Source: Desulfohalobiaceae bacterium (GTDB lineage Bacteria; Desulfobacterota; Desulfovibrionia; Desulfovibrionales; Desulfothermaceae). From it: DNA of 40,100 nucleotides. Positions within the stretch are counted from its first letter, which is position 1, and each line of letters opens with the position of its first letter. Below, piece after piece: positions 18,695-29,276 of this stretch. Position numbers and translations under genes: made by a program. The notes under the pieces were generated by a model. That model saw only the letters and a list, made by a program, of their open reading frames with translations. It was not told the origin of the DNA and did no database searches. The stretch spans positions 1 through 40,100 of the forward strand of contig JAMOQN010000169.1 of assembly GCA_027063985.1 (NCBI GenBank), given 5' to 3'.

Positions 18695-19638
18695 GGGAAT
18701 TAGTAGAGATTGAATCTCCCAGTAAAAAGGAAGATAAAATTACAGTTTTTGTTAAAGATTATTTGAAGAATTTGGGATATGATGTAGTTGATGGTGAAAA
18801 TTATATTGCCACTAAATCTGACTCAAATCTAATAGTAGCCACACACCTGGATACAGTTTCTATGAAAAGAAAATACAGTTGTGATGGGGTCTATGCTTAT
18901 GGGACTGGGGTGTGCGATGCCAAGGGAAGTGTTGCTGCTATGCTTTTGGCAGCTGAGGATAAGGTGGATTATACCCTTGCTTTTTTTTGCGATGAAGAAG
19001 AGGACGGCTCTGGATCTAAGGAATTTATTGATTCCTGGGTGTCTGGGAAATATGCCATTATAATGGAACCTACTGAGTTAAAAATAGCATCCAGACACTG
19101 GGGAGATTTTGAACTCACTGTAAAAGTTCAAGGCGAACAAGCACACGGTTCTCTCCCTGAAAAAGGACTCAATGCAATAGATAAGGCCTTGGAACTCTAT
19201 AATAAACTTAAAGAGCTAAATTTAAATATTAATCCCTTAAAAATAATTGGTGGTTCAGAAGAATATGTAATTCCAGATAGTTGTGAGATAAAATTTGAGG
19301 TATTTTTGGAACCAGATGAAAAATTTTCTAATTATTCAGACAAATTTAAATTTATAGAAGATTTCGGTGAATATGAAATTGACCATGTATATGAGGGATG
19401 GATAAGTGGCGAGGTTGCTAAGTATCTTGAACAGGCTATCTTTAAGGCTAAATTGCCAGTTAATTACACCAGTATAAAATCCTGGACAGATGCATTGAAT
19501 TTAAAGGAAAGATTTGATGTAGTAGTGTGGGGACCTGGAGAGTTGGCTTTTTGTCATACACCAAAAGAAAGGGTAAAGATTGAGGACATAAAAAGGGCAG
19601 CAGAAGTGTTGGTTTGTTTGAACCAATATACTTTTTAA
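18661..19638 (+). CDS. M20 metallo-amidohydrolase (ArgE/LysK/DapE-like deacylase)
   Basis: Metal ligands HLDTV, CDAKG, DEEE, MEPT, CHT. Overlaps the GNAT 3' end by 34 nt. Confidence 0.88.
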   Translation: MGKNEKILNLLRELVEIESPSKKEDKITVFVKDYLKNLGYDVVDGENYIATKSDSNLIVATHLDTVSMKRKYSCDGVYAYGTGVCDAKGSVAAMLLAAEDKVDYTLAFFCDEEEDGSGSKEFIDSWVSGKYAIIMEPTELKIASRHWGDFELTVKVQGEQAHGSLPEKGLNAIDKALELYNKLKELNLNINPLKIIGGSEEYVIPDSCEIKFEVFLEPDEKFSNYSDKFKFIEDFGEYEIDHVYEGWISGEVAKYLEQAIFKAKLPVNYTSIKSWTDALNLKERFDVVVWGPGELAFCHTPKERVKIEDIKRAAEVLVCLNQYTF

Positions 19639-19923
19639 TTTTGATCCTTCAAGTATGTAATATAATCTTTATTTAAGATAGATTAGTGATCTTTTAACAA
19701 ATTAGTCATTATATTGAGAACAAACAGTTTTCACCAGTGATTCCTCATGTAATTTTTCCAAAGATTTGATGTTCATCTATCAAATAGAGATTCTTTTAAA
19801 GTAGTTAACTTATTTTTTTATTATTGATTGGCTATTGATTGGGGATTTATTATTGTCTTTTTCACATTTTAATTTTAGTAACTTTTTTCAAAAAAAATTT
19901 ATTTAAAAAATGAATAAAACTAA

Positions 19924-19952
19924 TTGACAATATATGTTTTTTAGTATTTAAT
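19924..19952 (+). promoter_or_regulatory. Sigma-70 promoter for the mucR-like gene
   Basis: TTGACA-17 bp-TTTAAT, with an AT-rich UP-like tract upstream. Confidence 0.55.
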
Positions 19953-20012
19953 GTGTATATTCAATAAGCAAAAATTTATTAAATAACATTATATTTAAAA
20001 TGGGAGGATAGG

Positions 20013-20414
20013 ATGGAAGAGTATATTAAACAGGCATTAGAAATAGTTAAAGCACAGGCAGGTGTAAGGAATATGACTGAGGAGGAAATTACCTCTATGG
20101 TTAAATCCCTTGCAGATCAACTTAAAGGTCTGGTAGAAGGAGAACAGTCTGAGGTATCTCGGGAAGAACAAAAACCAGCAGTAGATCCTAAAAAGGCTAT
20201 TAGAGAAAAATCAATTATATGTCTTGAATGTGGAAAGGCTTTCAAAGTGCTTACAAAGAAACACTTAAAGACTCATGGTTTGACCCCTCAGGAATACAAG
20301 GAAAAATGGGGATACAAGAAAAAGCAGTCTTTAATTGCAAAATCTCTTGCAAGAGAGAGAAGAAAAAAGATGCGGGAGATGAAATTGTGGACAAAAAGAA
20401 AGTTAGGGAGTTAG
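20013..20414 (+). CDS. MucR/Ros family zinc-finger regulator (nucleoid-associated silencer)
   Basis: PAVDPKKAI..SIICLECGK.FK.L..KHL.THGLTPQEYKEKWG. Confidence 0.92.
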   Translation: MEEYIKQALEIVKAQAGVRNMTEEEITSMVKSLADQLKGLVEGEQSEVSREEQKPAVDPKKAIREKSIICLECGKAFKVLTKKHLKTHGLTPQEYKEKWGYKKKQSLIAKSLARERRKKMREMKLWTKRKLGS

Positions 20415-20564
20415 AGTTATAACATTACCTCTAAAGATCATTTTAAATACAACATAGCTGAATAACTACGTGATTTTTTATTTGTTGTTATATTTGTGAT
20501 TTGTGATTAAATAAGAGTCTGTAACATTATGAGAGGGGCAGTTTTTGTCACCTACTCTTAAATT

Positions 20565-20648
20565 TTACCAATCACTAATTACCAATTACCACTTACCAAT
20601 TACTAATCACAAATCACTAATCACGAATCACAAATCACCAATCCCAAA
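20565..20648 (+). repeat. 12 imperfect tandem heptamers (consensus TYACHAA), with an inverted partner at 20492-20508
   Basis: ttaccaa tcactaa ttaccaa ttaccac ttaccaa ttactaa tcacaaa tcactaa tcacgaa tcacaaa tcaccaa tcccaaa. ATTTGTGATTTGTGATT upstream is the reverse complement of the AATCACA units. Confidence 0.9.
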
Positions 20649-20748
20649 GCATATCAACTACCTGCGTGGGGATTCTAGTAATTATACATTTTTTTAAATA
20701 TTTTCATCTAATACTTGACAAGACCATTTAATATTTAATACATCCGAA

Positions 20749-20772
20749 GTCGGACTGACCAGTCAGTCCGAC
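20749..20772. promoter_or_regulatory. Perfect palindrome, probable TetR operator
   Basis: GTCGGACTGAC-CA-GTCAGTCCGAC, between TTGACA (20715-20720) and the tetR RBS. Confidence 0.8.
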
Positions 20773-20788
20773 CAGGGGGTAATGAATT

Positions 20789-21355
20789 ATGGCTACAAAA
20801 ACAAAGATATTAAAAGCTGCCAGGCTTGAATTTGCCAAAAATGGATTTCACGCTACTTTGGTGTCAGATATTGCTGAAAGAGCAGGGGTTGGGAAAGGAA
20901 CAATTTATAGGTATTTCTCCAGTAAAGAGGATTTGTTTGGTTCAATAATTCAACAGAAAATGGACGATTTTGAGATTAAGATAAAAGAAATTATATCAAG
21001 GTATGATAATGAAAGGGATATCTTATTTAAGATAGGTAAGTTGCACTTTGAGGAATATAGAAAGTCTAAAGATGTGATATCCATTCTAGTGATAGAGGAT
21101 TTATATAAGATTGAGAGTATAAATAAACAAGCTAAAAATAAAATTATTGCAATACAGGAGTTAGTTTCTAATGTGATAAGTAGAGGGATTAAAAATGGTG
21201 TTTTCAGGAAAGTTGATCCAAAAAAAACATCAGTAGTCTTTTTAAATTTAATCTGGACCATATTAAAACATGGTATTTTGATGGAAGAAGAGGACTTAGA
21301 AGAAAAGTATTTTGGTACGATCTTTGATTTGTTGTTTTATGGAATTGTTAGATAG
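20789..21355 (+). CDS. TetR/AcrR family repressor
   Basis: HTH IAERAGVGKGTIYRYFSSKEDL. Confidence 0.95.
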   Translation: MATKTKILKAARLEFAKNGFHATLVSDIAERAGVGKGTIYRYFSSKEDLFGSIIQQKMDDFEIKIKEIISRYDNERDILFKIGKLHFEEYRKSKDVISILVIEDLYKIESINKQAKNKIIAIQELVSNVISRGIKNGVFRKVDPKKTSVVFLNLIWTILKHGILMEEEDLEEKYFGTIFDLLFYGIVR

Positions 21356-21379
21356 TGCATTTGAATACAGGGGGATAGA

Positions 21380-22696
21380 ATGCATAAGGTAAGATTTTTG
21401 TTTATTCTTTTTTGTTGTATATTTTTTTTGATGGGAATATCGCACTCTGCCGAAATACTTACATTGGACAAAGCTGTTCAAATAGCAATAAAAAATAATC
21501 CTAAAATAAAAGAGTCTCTTTTTAATAAAAGAGCAGCAATGGAAGAGAAGAGAAGTGCATTCTCAGGGATGTTACCAAAAATTTCTGCTGAATATAAATA
21601 TCTACATCTTCGAGATGATCCCTTTGTATATTTTAAAATGGGACCACAAGAGAAGAAATTTGTCAGAGGATATAGAAATACATACTCATGGAATATTTCA
21701 TTGGTCCAACCTATTTTTACTGGTTTTGCACTTTTATCAAAATATGAGATATCTGCACTTGGACTTGATAGGGAAAAATTGTCAGCAGAGCTAACAAAGC
21801 TAGATGTGGCCTTTGAGGTAAAGCAGGCATATTTTAATGTATTGCTTGCCAGAAGAGAGCTTGAGGTAATGGAGGAAGAAGTAAAACAGTTAAAAAGCCA
21901 TTTAGATGATGCAAAAGGTTTTTATTCCCAGGGCATAATTCCCAAAAACGACCTTTTGAAGTCAGAAGTGGCCTACTCTCTGGCAAAACAAAAATTAGTT
22001 AGGGCAAAAAGTGATCTGTCTGTTGCGAGATCAAACCTAAACAGAATTTTAAACAAAAATATACTTGATCTCTCTTATGAAATTCAGGACGTGGATACAA
22101 TGCCATTTTTCTCTCAAGATCTCCGTGAATTAATAAAAGAGGCCATGAAAAAAAGGCCAGAGATAATTGCAATGGACAGGGCAATTAAGCAGGCAGACTG
22201 GGGGATTAAACTTGCCAGAAGTAGGTTTTTCCCAACTGTTTCTATTTTTGGGGAATATCAAAGAGAGGGTGAAGATTTAGGTGCAACAGAAAATAAATTT
22301 ACAAATGAGAAAAATTTGCTCCTTGGAATCAATGCAAAATGGGAATTTTTTGAGTCTGGAAAAAAGTTTTTTGATGTAAGAAAAGCCAAGTGGAAATTGA
22401 AGTCATTAAAGGCGAGAAAACAAGCGCTTAAGGACCAGATAGCTGTTCAGGTAAAAAAGGCATATGAGGACCTTATGGTTGCGAAGATAAATGTAGAAAC
22501 AGCAAGAAAATCGCTGTCCCAGGCAAGGGAAAATTATAGGGTAACAAATGAAGGGTACAGGGTGCAGGTGAATACATCTACAGATGTCTTAGATGCAAGG
22601 GCTTATTTAACCCAGTCAGAGATGAATTACTATGGAGCACTTTATGGGTATCATGTGGCACTTGCTGCTTTAAAAAGGGCAATTGGCGAATATTAA
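21380..22696 (+). CDS. TolC family outer-membrane efflux protein
   Basis: Signal peptide, LTLDKAVQIAIKNNP, two outer-membrane-efflux repeats, DVLDAR motif. Confidence 0.92.
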   Translation: MHKVRFLFILFCCIFFLMGISHSAEILTLDKAVQIAIKNNPKIKESLFNKRAAMEEKRSAFSGMLPKISAEYKYLHLRDDPFVYFKMGPQEKKFVRGYRNTYSWNISLVQPIFTGFALLSKYEISALGLDREKLSAELTKLDVAFEVKQAYFNVLLARRELEVMEEEVKQLKSHLDDAKGFYSQGIIPKNDLLKSEVAYSLAKQKLVRAKSDLSVARSNLNRILNKNILDLSYEIQDVDTMPFFSQDLRELIKEAMKKRPEIIAMDRAIKQADWGIKLARSRFFPTVSIFGEYQREGEDLGATENKFTNEKNLLLGINAKWEFFESGKKFFDVRKAKWKLKSLKARKQALKDQIAVQVKKAYEDLMVAKINVETARKSLSQARENYRVTNEGYRVQVNTSTDVLDARAYLTQSEMNYYGALYGYHVALAALKRAIGEY

Positions 22697-22777
22697 ATTT
22701 TGCAGAGAAGTTAAGAAAAATACAGCCTTATCAAAACATAGAGAGCCATATGTCAATATAGATGGAGGGAATAGTAG

Positions 22778-23989
22778 ATGGAAAATAGAAATAATGAAAG
22801 GGCAAGAAAGGGAACTAAGATCATTATTCTATCTGTAATTATATGTGGATTTATCTTTTTTCTCTATTGGTTTTTTTATTTGAAAAATTTTGTGACTACT
22901 GATGATGCATATGTTCAGGCAGATAGTAGTTATGTCAGTAGTAGAATTCCAGGAACAATAGAAAAAGTATATGTTAAAAATGATGATTATGTTAAAAAAG
23001 GTGATATTTTAGTTTTCTTGGATTCAGCAGTATATAAACTAAAGGTAGAAGAATTGCAAAATAAATTAGAATCTCTTGATTTTAAAATAAAAAGTACAGA
23101 AATTGATTTAGATATATTAAAACACAATTTAAAAAAGAATATAAAAAAGGCACAAAATGATATGAACCTGGCACTTGATGAGAAAAATAGAATAAATACA
23201 GAAATAAAGTCATTAATAGCCCAGAAAAATAGTTTGGAGCAGGATCTCTATCTGGCAAAATTACAATATAAAAGATATAAAAGACTATATAAAAAACATA
23301 CAATATCTAAAGAAAAGTTTGATGAAGTAGAGACAACTTATAATAAGCTTAAGTTTCAGATTGAGTCCATAACACACAAAATTGCTTCTTTAAAGATAAT
23401 GGAACATGAGTCCAGCAAAAAGATAAAAAACGCCAAAATTGCCATGTCAATAGCAAGAAAAAATGAATCAAAGATTTTATCTGCAACAGAGTCTTTGAAT
23501 AGTTTGAAAAAGGAGAGGGATTATGTAAGGGCCTCACTTGATGAGGCCAAGTTGCAACTGAGTTATTGTAAAATAAAGGCACCTATTTCAGGCTATGTGG
23601 CTGGATCTAAGCTACAAAGGGGAAATAGGGTTTTGCCTGGTCAGGTGCTTATGGTTGTTGTACCCCTTGATAAGGTATATGTTGAGGCAAATTTTAAAGA
23701 GACACAGCTCACCAACATAAGGATAGGGCAAAAAGCAGAGATAAGGGCTGACATGTATCCTCATGTAACGTTTTACGGTCATGTTATTGGTATAAGGGCA
23801 GGAACTGGTCAGGTGTTCTCGCTTTTACCCCCTGAGAATGCTTCTGGAAACTGGATAAAGGTGGTTCAGAGGATTCCAGTAAAAATTGAATTAGATGATT
23901 ATGATTATAAAAAAAATCCTTTAAGGCTGGGGTCATCATTGGTAGTAAAAGTTGATATAAGGGACAGATCAGGAAAAACCCTTAGGTAA
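22778..23989 (+). CDS. HlyD/EmrA family membrane fusion protein
   Basis: TTDDAYV, IKAPISG, ANFKETQL, FSLLPPENASGNWIKVVQRIPV. Confidence 0.93.
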   Translation: MENRNNERARKGTKIIILSVIICGFIFFLYWFFYLKNFVTTDDAYVQADSSYVSSRIPGTIEKVYVKNDDYVKKGDILVFLDSAVYKLKVEELQNKLESLDFKIKSTEIDLDILKHNLKKNIKKAQNDMNLALDEKNRINTEIKSLIAQKNSLEQDLYLAKLQYKRYKRLYKKHTISKEKFDEVETTYNKLKFQIESITHKIASLKIMEHESSKKIKNAKIAMSIARKNESKILSATESLNSLKKERDYVRASLDEAKLQLSYCKIKAPISGYVAGSKLQRGNRVLPGQVLMVVVPLDKVYVEANFKETQLTNIRIGQKAEIRADMYPHVTFYGHVIGIRAGTGQVFSLLPPENASGNWIKVVQRIPVKIELDDYDYKKNPLRLGSSLVVKVDIRDRSGKTLR

Positions 23990-23994
23990 CTGAA

Positions 23995-25533
23995 GTGGAT
24001 ACAATAATAGAACAGGGCACTCCATCTGTAAACAAGTGGATTATTGCCTTAACTGTAATTTTGCCAACTTTTATTGAAGTAATGGATACAAGTGTGGTGA
24101 ATGTATCTCTTCCCCACATTCAAGGGGGGTTAAATGCTGGTTTAGATGAATCAACCTGGGTGCTCACTTCATATCTTGTTTCCAATGCAGTGATTATTCC
24201 TATTACTGGTTTTCTCTCAAATATACTTGGCAGAAAACGCTATTTAATTGGGTCAATAATCTTGTTTACCTTTGCTTCAATGCTTTGTGGAAGTGCTCCA
24301 ACATTGGGAATATTAATTCTTGCACGAATACTTCAGGGAATTGGCGGAGGGGCGCTTCAGCCCATATCCCAGGCCATATTGTTAGAGAGCTTTCCAAAAA
24401 AAGAGCACGGCATGGCCATGGCCATATTTGGAATGGGCGTGGTTCTTGCGCCAACAATTGGACCTGTGGTTGGAGGCTGGATAACTGATAATCTTTCATG
24501 GAGATGGGTGTTTTATATAAATCTACCCATAGGCATATTATCTGTTTTTATGACCATTTTATTTATTTTTGATCCCCCATATATAAAACAGAGAAAAAAT
24601 GGTAAAGTTAATTACTTTTCCCTTATGCTGCTTTTTTTATGGGTTGGTTGTCTCCAGATAGTTTTGGATAAAGGTCAAAGGGAAGACTGGTTTGAATCTA
24701 ACTTTATAATTACCCTTAGCATTATCTCTTTCATTAGTTTTCTCATATACATTGTACGGGAATTGTATGCTGATGATCCAATTTTAGATATTTCTGTTTT
24801 CAAAGATAAAGTATTTTTGGCTGGAAATTTTATTTTGTTTACAGGGTTTATGAGTTTTTTTGGAAGTATTGTACTTTTGCCATTATTTTTGCAGAATTTA
24901 ATGAATTACACTGCTATGTGGGCAGGGTTGGTGCTAGGGCCTAGCGGACTCGCCACCATGATTGTTATGTTTATGGTTGGGCGTCTGTTAAATAGGGGAG
25001 CTCCTCCATATCTTTTACTTATGCTCGGCCTTTCCTTGATATCTTTTGCAGTCATTTCAATGGGGAAATTTACCTTGAATGCTGGTTTTTGGCAGCTTTG
25101 TTGGCCCAGAGTTATACAGGCATGTGGTATGGGTATGTTTTTTGTGCCACTTACTGCTGCAACATATGTAAATATTCCTAAGGAAAAGATTGGAAATGCA
25201 TCCAGCATATTTAACCTGCTTAGAAATCTAGGTGGGAGTTTTGGAACTGCCATTGCTACTACTCATCTTGCTAGAAGTGAGCAGTTTAATCAGACCATGC
25301 TCGTTAAAAACGTTGTGCCATATAGAGAGGAGTTTTGGACCTTGTGGCATAAGGTTGTTGGGTTTTTGCATTATCCTATTTCATTCCCAATTCCAGATTC
25401 AAAACCCCTTGCCCTTATATATATGGAAGTTAGGAGGCAGGCAGGTATGCTTGCATTTAATGACAGTTTTATCTTTCTTGGGACAATAACTATGTTTTTG
25501 GTCCCTCTTGCTTTAATTTTAAGAAAAAAGTAA
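23995..25533 (+). CDS. DHA2 (EmrB/QacA) MFS efflux permease
   Basis: MDTSVVNVSLP, WVLTSYL, GRKR, WRWVFYINLPIG; many TM helices; GTG start. Confidence 0.94.
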   Translation: MDTIIEQGTPSVNKWIIALTVILPTFIEVMDTSVVNVSLPHIQGGLNAGLDESTWVLTSYLVSNAVIIPITGFLSNILGRKRYLIGSIILFTFASMLCGSAPTLGILILARILQGIGGGALQPISQAILLESFPKKEHGMAMAIFGMGVVLAPTIGPVVGGWITDNLSWRWVFYINLPIGILSVFMTILFIFDPPYIKQRKNGKVNYFSLMLLFLWVGCLQIVLDKGQREDWFESNFIITLSIISFISFLIYIVRELYADDPILDISVFKDKVFLAGNFILFTGFMSFFGSIVLLPLFLQNLMNYTAMWAGLVLGPSGLATMIVMFMVGRLLNRGAPPYLLLMLGLSLISFAVISMGKFTLNAGFWQLCWPRVIQACGMGMFFVPLTAATYVNIPKEKIGNASSIFNLLRNLGGSFGTAIATTHLARSEQFNQTMLVKNVVPYREEFWTLWHKVVGFLHYPISFPIPDSKPLALIYMEVRRQAGMLAFNDSFIFLGTITMFLVPLALILRKK

Positions 25534-25546
25534 AAACATCTGACCT

Positions 25547-25783
25547 ATGCTCACTATAAGATGCGCTAAGTGCAAGAAAAAACTCTGGAAATATCGAAAA
25601 ATCGGAAAGGGCCAAGTGCTTAGATGTCACAAAGACAGGATAACCAAGGCCTTTGGATGGGATGAGAAAGATGGGAAAATACTTTGCCCCAGGTGTAAAA
25701 ACCCAATTGGTATTGATAAAGGGTCTTTTTTTAAGATGATTGCAAAAAATTTTGTGTATACAGGGACTAAAGATAATTTTTAG
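25547..25783 (+). CDS. Small zinc-ribbon protein of unknown function
   Basis: CAKC and CPRC pairs plus LRCH in 78 aa; starts 13 nt after the permease gene. Confidence 0.7.
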   Translation: MLTIRCAKCKKKLWKYRKIGKGQVLRCHKDRITKAFGWDEKDGKILCPRCKNPIGIDKGSFFKMIAKNFVYTGTKDNF

Positions 25784-26001
25784 ACCAATTTATAAACTGT
25801 TATTTTTTTTCTTTTATTTTTATATAAGCTCCAAACCTTTGTCTTCAATAAGCGCAATTGACCTCAAAATATAGTTCTGTTAAAAGAAGGTTAAAAAACA
25901 ATAATATCAATTAGTTATCTAAAATTTTTGTAAAATCAACTTAAAGTTGAATGAAAAAACTTGAAATTTTTAAAATATGTGATTAATATTTCTCTTTCCA
26001 C

Positions 26002-26089
26002 GGAGAGGTGGCCGAGCGGTCGAAGGCGGTAGTCTTGAAAACTACTGAGGGTTGACAGCCCTCCGGGGGTTCGAATCCCTCCCTCTCCG
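26002..26089 (+). tRNA. tRNA-Ser (anticodon UGA), long variable arm, CCA not encoded
   Basis: Acceptor GGAGAGG/CCTCTCC with G discriminator, anticodon arm GTAGT-CTTGAAA-ACTAC, variable arm GAGGGT..GCCCTC, GGTTCGAATCC. Promoter TTGAAA-17-TAATAT at 25961-25989. Confidence 0.97.
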
Positions 26090-26179
26090 TCTCCCTTCCT
26101 CCCTTTTATCTTGCCTTAAGTTAATTTTCTAAAAGATTAAACAAAGGTTTTAATTTCGCTATCAAACCAGGAGGAATTT

Positions 26180-26662
26180 ATGGTAGATGTAGCTATCTTT
26201 ATTGGGAGTATTTCAGATAAAGAGAAAATGGTTCCCTGTGTGGAGGTGTTGGAAAAATTGGGTATTAGCTATAAGTTTCATGTAACATCTGCCCATAGGA
26301 CCCCAGATAGGACTGAAAATTTAATTAGAGATTTAGAAGAAAAGGGGTGCAAGGTATTTATTTGTGCTGCTGGTCTTGCAGCCCACCTTGCTGGAGCAGT
26401 TGCAGCGAGGACTATAAGACCTGTTATTGGAGTTCCTATTAATGCATCTTCCTTAGGAGGTATGGACTCTCTTCTCTCCACTGTACAAATGCCCCCTGGA
26501 TATCCTGTTGCAACCGTTGCCATTGACAAGGTTGGAGCGAGAAATGCAGCTTACCTTGCAGCTCAAATCCTGGCTATTTATGATTTTGAATTAGAGAAAA
26601 AATTAAAAGAGTTAAGAGAAGAAATGAGTCGAGCAGTAGAGGAATCTGATAAAAAATTGTAA
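26180..26662 (+). CDS. purE: N5-CAIR mutase
   Basis: GSISD, SAHRTP, AGLAAHLAG, PVIGVP, LLSTVQMPPGYPVATV. Confidence 0.97.
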   Translation: MVDVAIFIGSISDKEKMVPCVEVLEKLGISYKFHVTSAHRTPDRTENLIRDLEEKGCKVFICAAGLAAHLAGAVAARTIRPVIGVPINASSLGGMDSLLSTVQMPPGYPVATVAIDKVGARNAAYLAAQILAIYDFELEKKLKELREEMSRAVEESDKKL

Positions 26663-26779
26663 AGTATTTTAATAGGTTAAATAAAAAATATAAAAAAATT
26701 TATTTTCCGATCTTTACAACTAAAAAATCGAGTTTATATTTACATGCGTCCATTAAGGCACTAGGTTATATTGGTTTTG

Positions 26780-26806
26780 TTAGCACTCGCAACTGATGAG
26801 TGCTAA
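26780..26806. promoter_or_regulatory. CIRCE element (HrcA operator)
   Basis: Exact TTAGCACTC-N9-GAGTGCTAA upstream of groES. Candidate promoter TTTACA-16-TATATT at 26713-26740. Confidence 0.97.
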
Positions 26807-26856
26807 TAATAAATTTGAGATAATAAAAACAACAAAATAAAACGGAGGTGGAGGCT

Positions 26857-27147
26857 ATGAAGTTAAAACCATTGCATGATCGTGTGTTGGTTAAGCGTTT
26901 AGAGGAAGAGGAAAAGACAAAAGGTGGAATTATTATTCCTGATACTGCAAAAGAAAAGCCAATCAAAGGTGAAGTAATTGCTGTTGGTCCTGGTAGGCTT
27001 ACTGATGATGGAAAGAGGATTGAGATGTCTGTAAAGGTTGGTGACAAGGTAATGTTTAGCAAATATGCAGGAACCGAGGTAAAGATTGAGGGTGAAGAAT
27101 ATCTCATCATGAGAGAAGATGATATTGTTGCTATTATTGAAAACTAA
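26857..27147 (+). CDS. groES: Co-chaperonin GroES
   Basis: [29 protein letters not shown] 26857 follows GGAGG. Confidence 0.99.
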   Translation: MKLKPLHDRVLVKRLEEEEKTKGGIIIPDTAKEKPIKGEVIAVGPGRLTDDGKRIEMSVKVGDKVMFSKYAGTEVKIEGEEYLIMREDDIVAIIEN

Positions 27148-27154
27148 ATTTTAA

Positions 27155-28801
<1,647 letters not shown>

Positions 28802-28824
28802 TAGATATGAAACCAATAAAGATG

Positions 28825-28855
28825 AAAAAGGCTGGTCTTTTGACCAGCCTTTTTT
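28825..28855 (+). terminator. Rho-independent terminator of groESL
   Basis: AAAAAGGCTGGTC-TTTT-GACCAGCCTTTTTT. Confidence 0.9.
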
Positions 28856-28877
28856 GTTTTGTTTATGGGAGGGATAT

Positions 28878-29225
28878 ATGGTTCAGATACAAGAGTATAG
28901 ATTTGGATATATTAAGATATCAGGAAAAACATATACCCATGATTTGAAGATAATAGGAAATACCGTTATCCCCAATTGGTGGCGAAGTGAAGGACACAAG
29001 GTGTTACAAAGAGATATAAAAGATATACTTGAACATGGCGTGGAAATTATTGTAATAGGCCAGGGTGATCCTGGTTTGATGAAAGTTGATCCTTCCCTTA
29101 AAAATTATTTGAAAAAACAAAAAATTAAACTTATAGAAAAACCAACAAAAGACGCTATCTCTGAATTTAACAGGTTATATAAAGAAGGTAGAAAAGTTGG
29201 TGCTGGCTTTCACCTAACATGTTAA
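28878..29225 (+). CDS. Mth938-like domain protein (DUF498/AAMDC family)
   Basis: IQEYRFG.I.I.G..Y..D, WWR.EGH, IVIGQG..G, FHLTC. ATG 28878 follows GGAGG. Confidence 0.85.
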   Translation: MVQIQEYRFGYIKISGKTYTHDLKIIGNTVIPNWWRSEGHKVLQRDIKDILEHGVEIIVIGQGDPGLMKVDPSLKNYLKKQKIKLIEKPTKDAISEFNRLYKEGRKVGAGFHLTC

Positions 29226-29276
29226 AATATTATTTTGCGCCATATAAGATGTTTTAAAGCAGGAGAAAATTCCTTT

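Noticed and set aside
19822-19842. Direct repeat TATTGATTGG x2 upstream of mucR
   Set aside because: Short and in very AT-rich DNA; cannot be separated from chance.
20565-20648. CRISPR array
   Set aside because: Contiguous 7-nt units with no unique spacers, and no cas genes in the window.
25905-25917. IHF consensus TATCAATTAGTTA upstream of the tRNA promoter
   Set aside because: A degenerate AT-rich motif that occurs readily by chance at this base composition, with no supporting context.
26002-26089. Selenocysteine or suppressor tRNA, or an integration site for an island
   Set aside because: The anticodon UGA reads UCA (Ser) and the acceptor stem is a normal 7 bp. I saw no integrase or duplicated tRNA 3' end, and purE follows directly.
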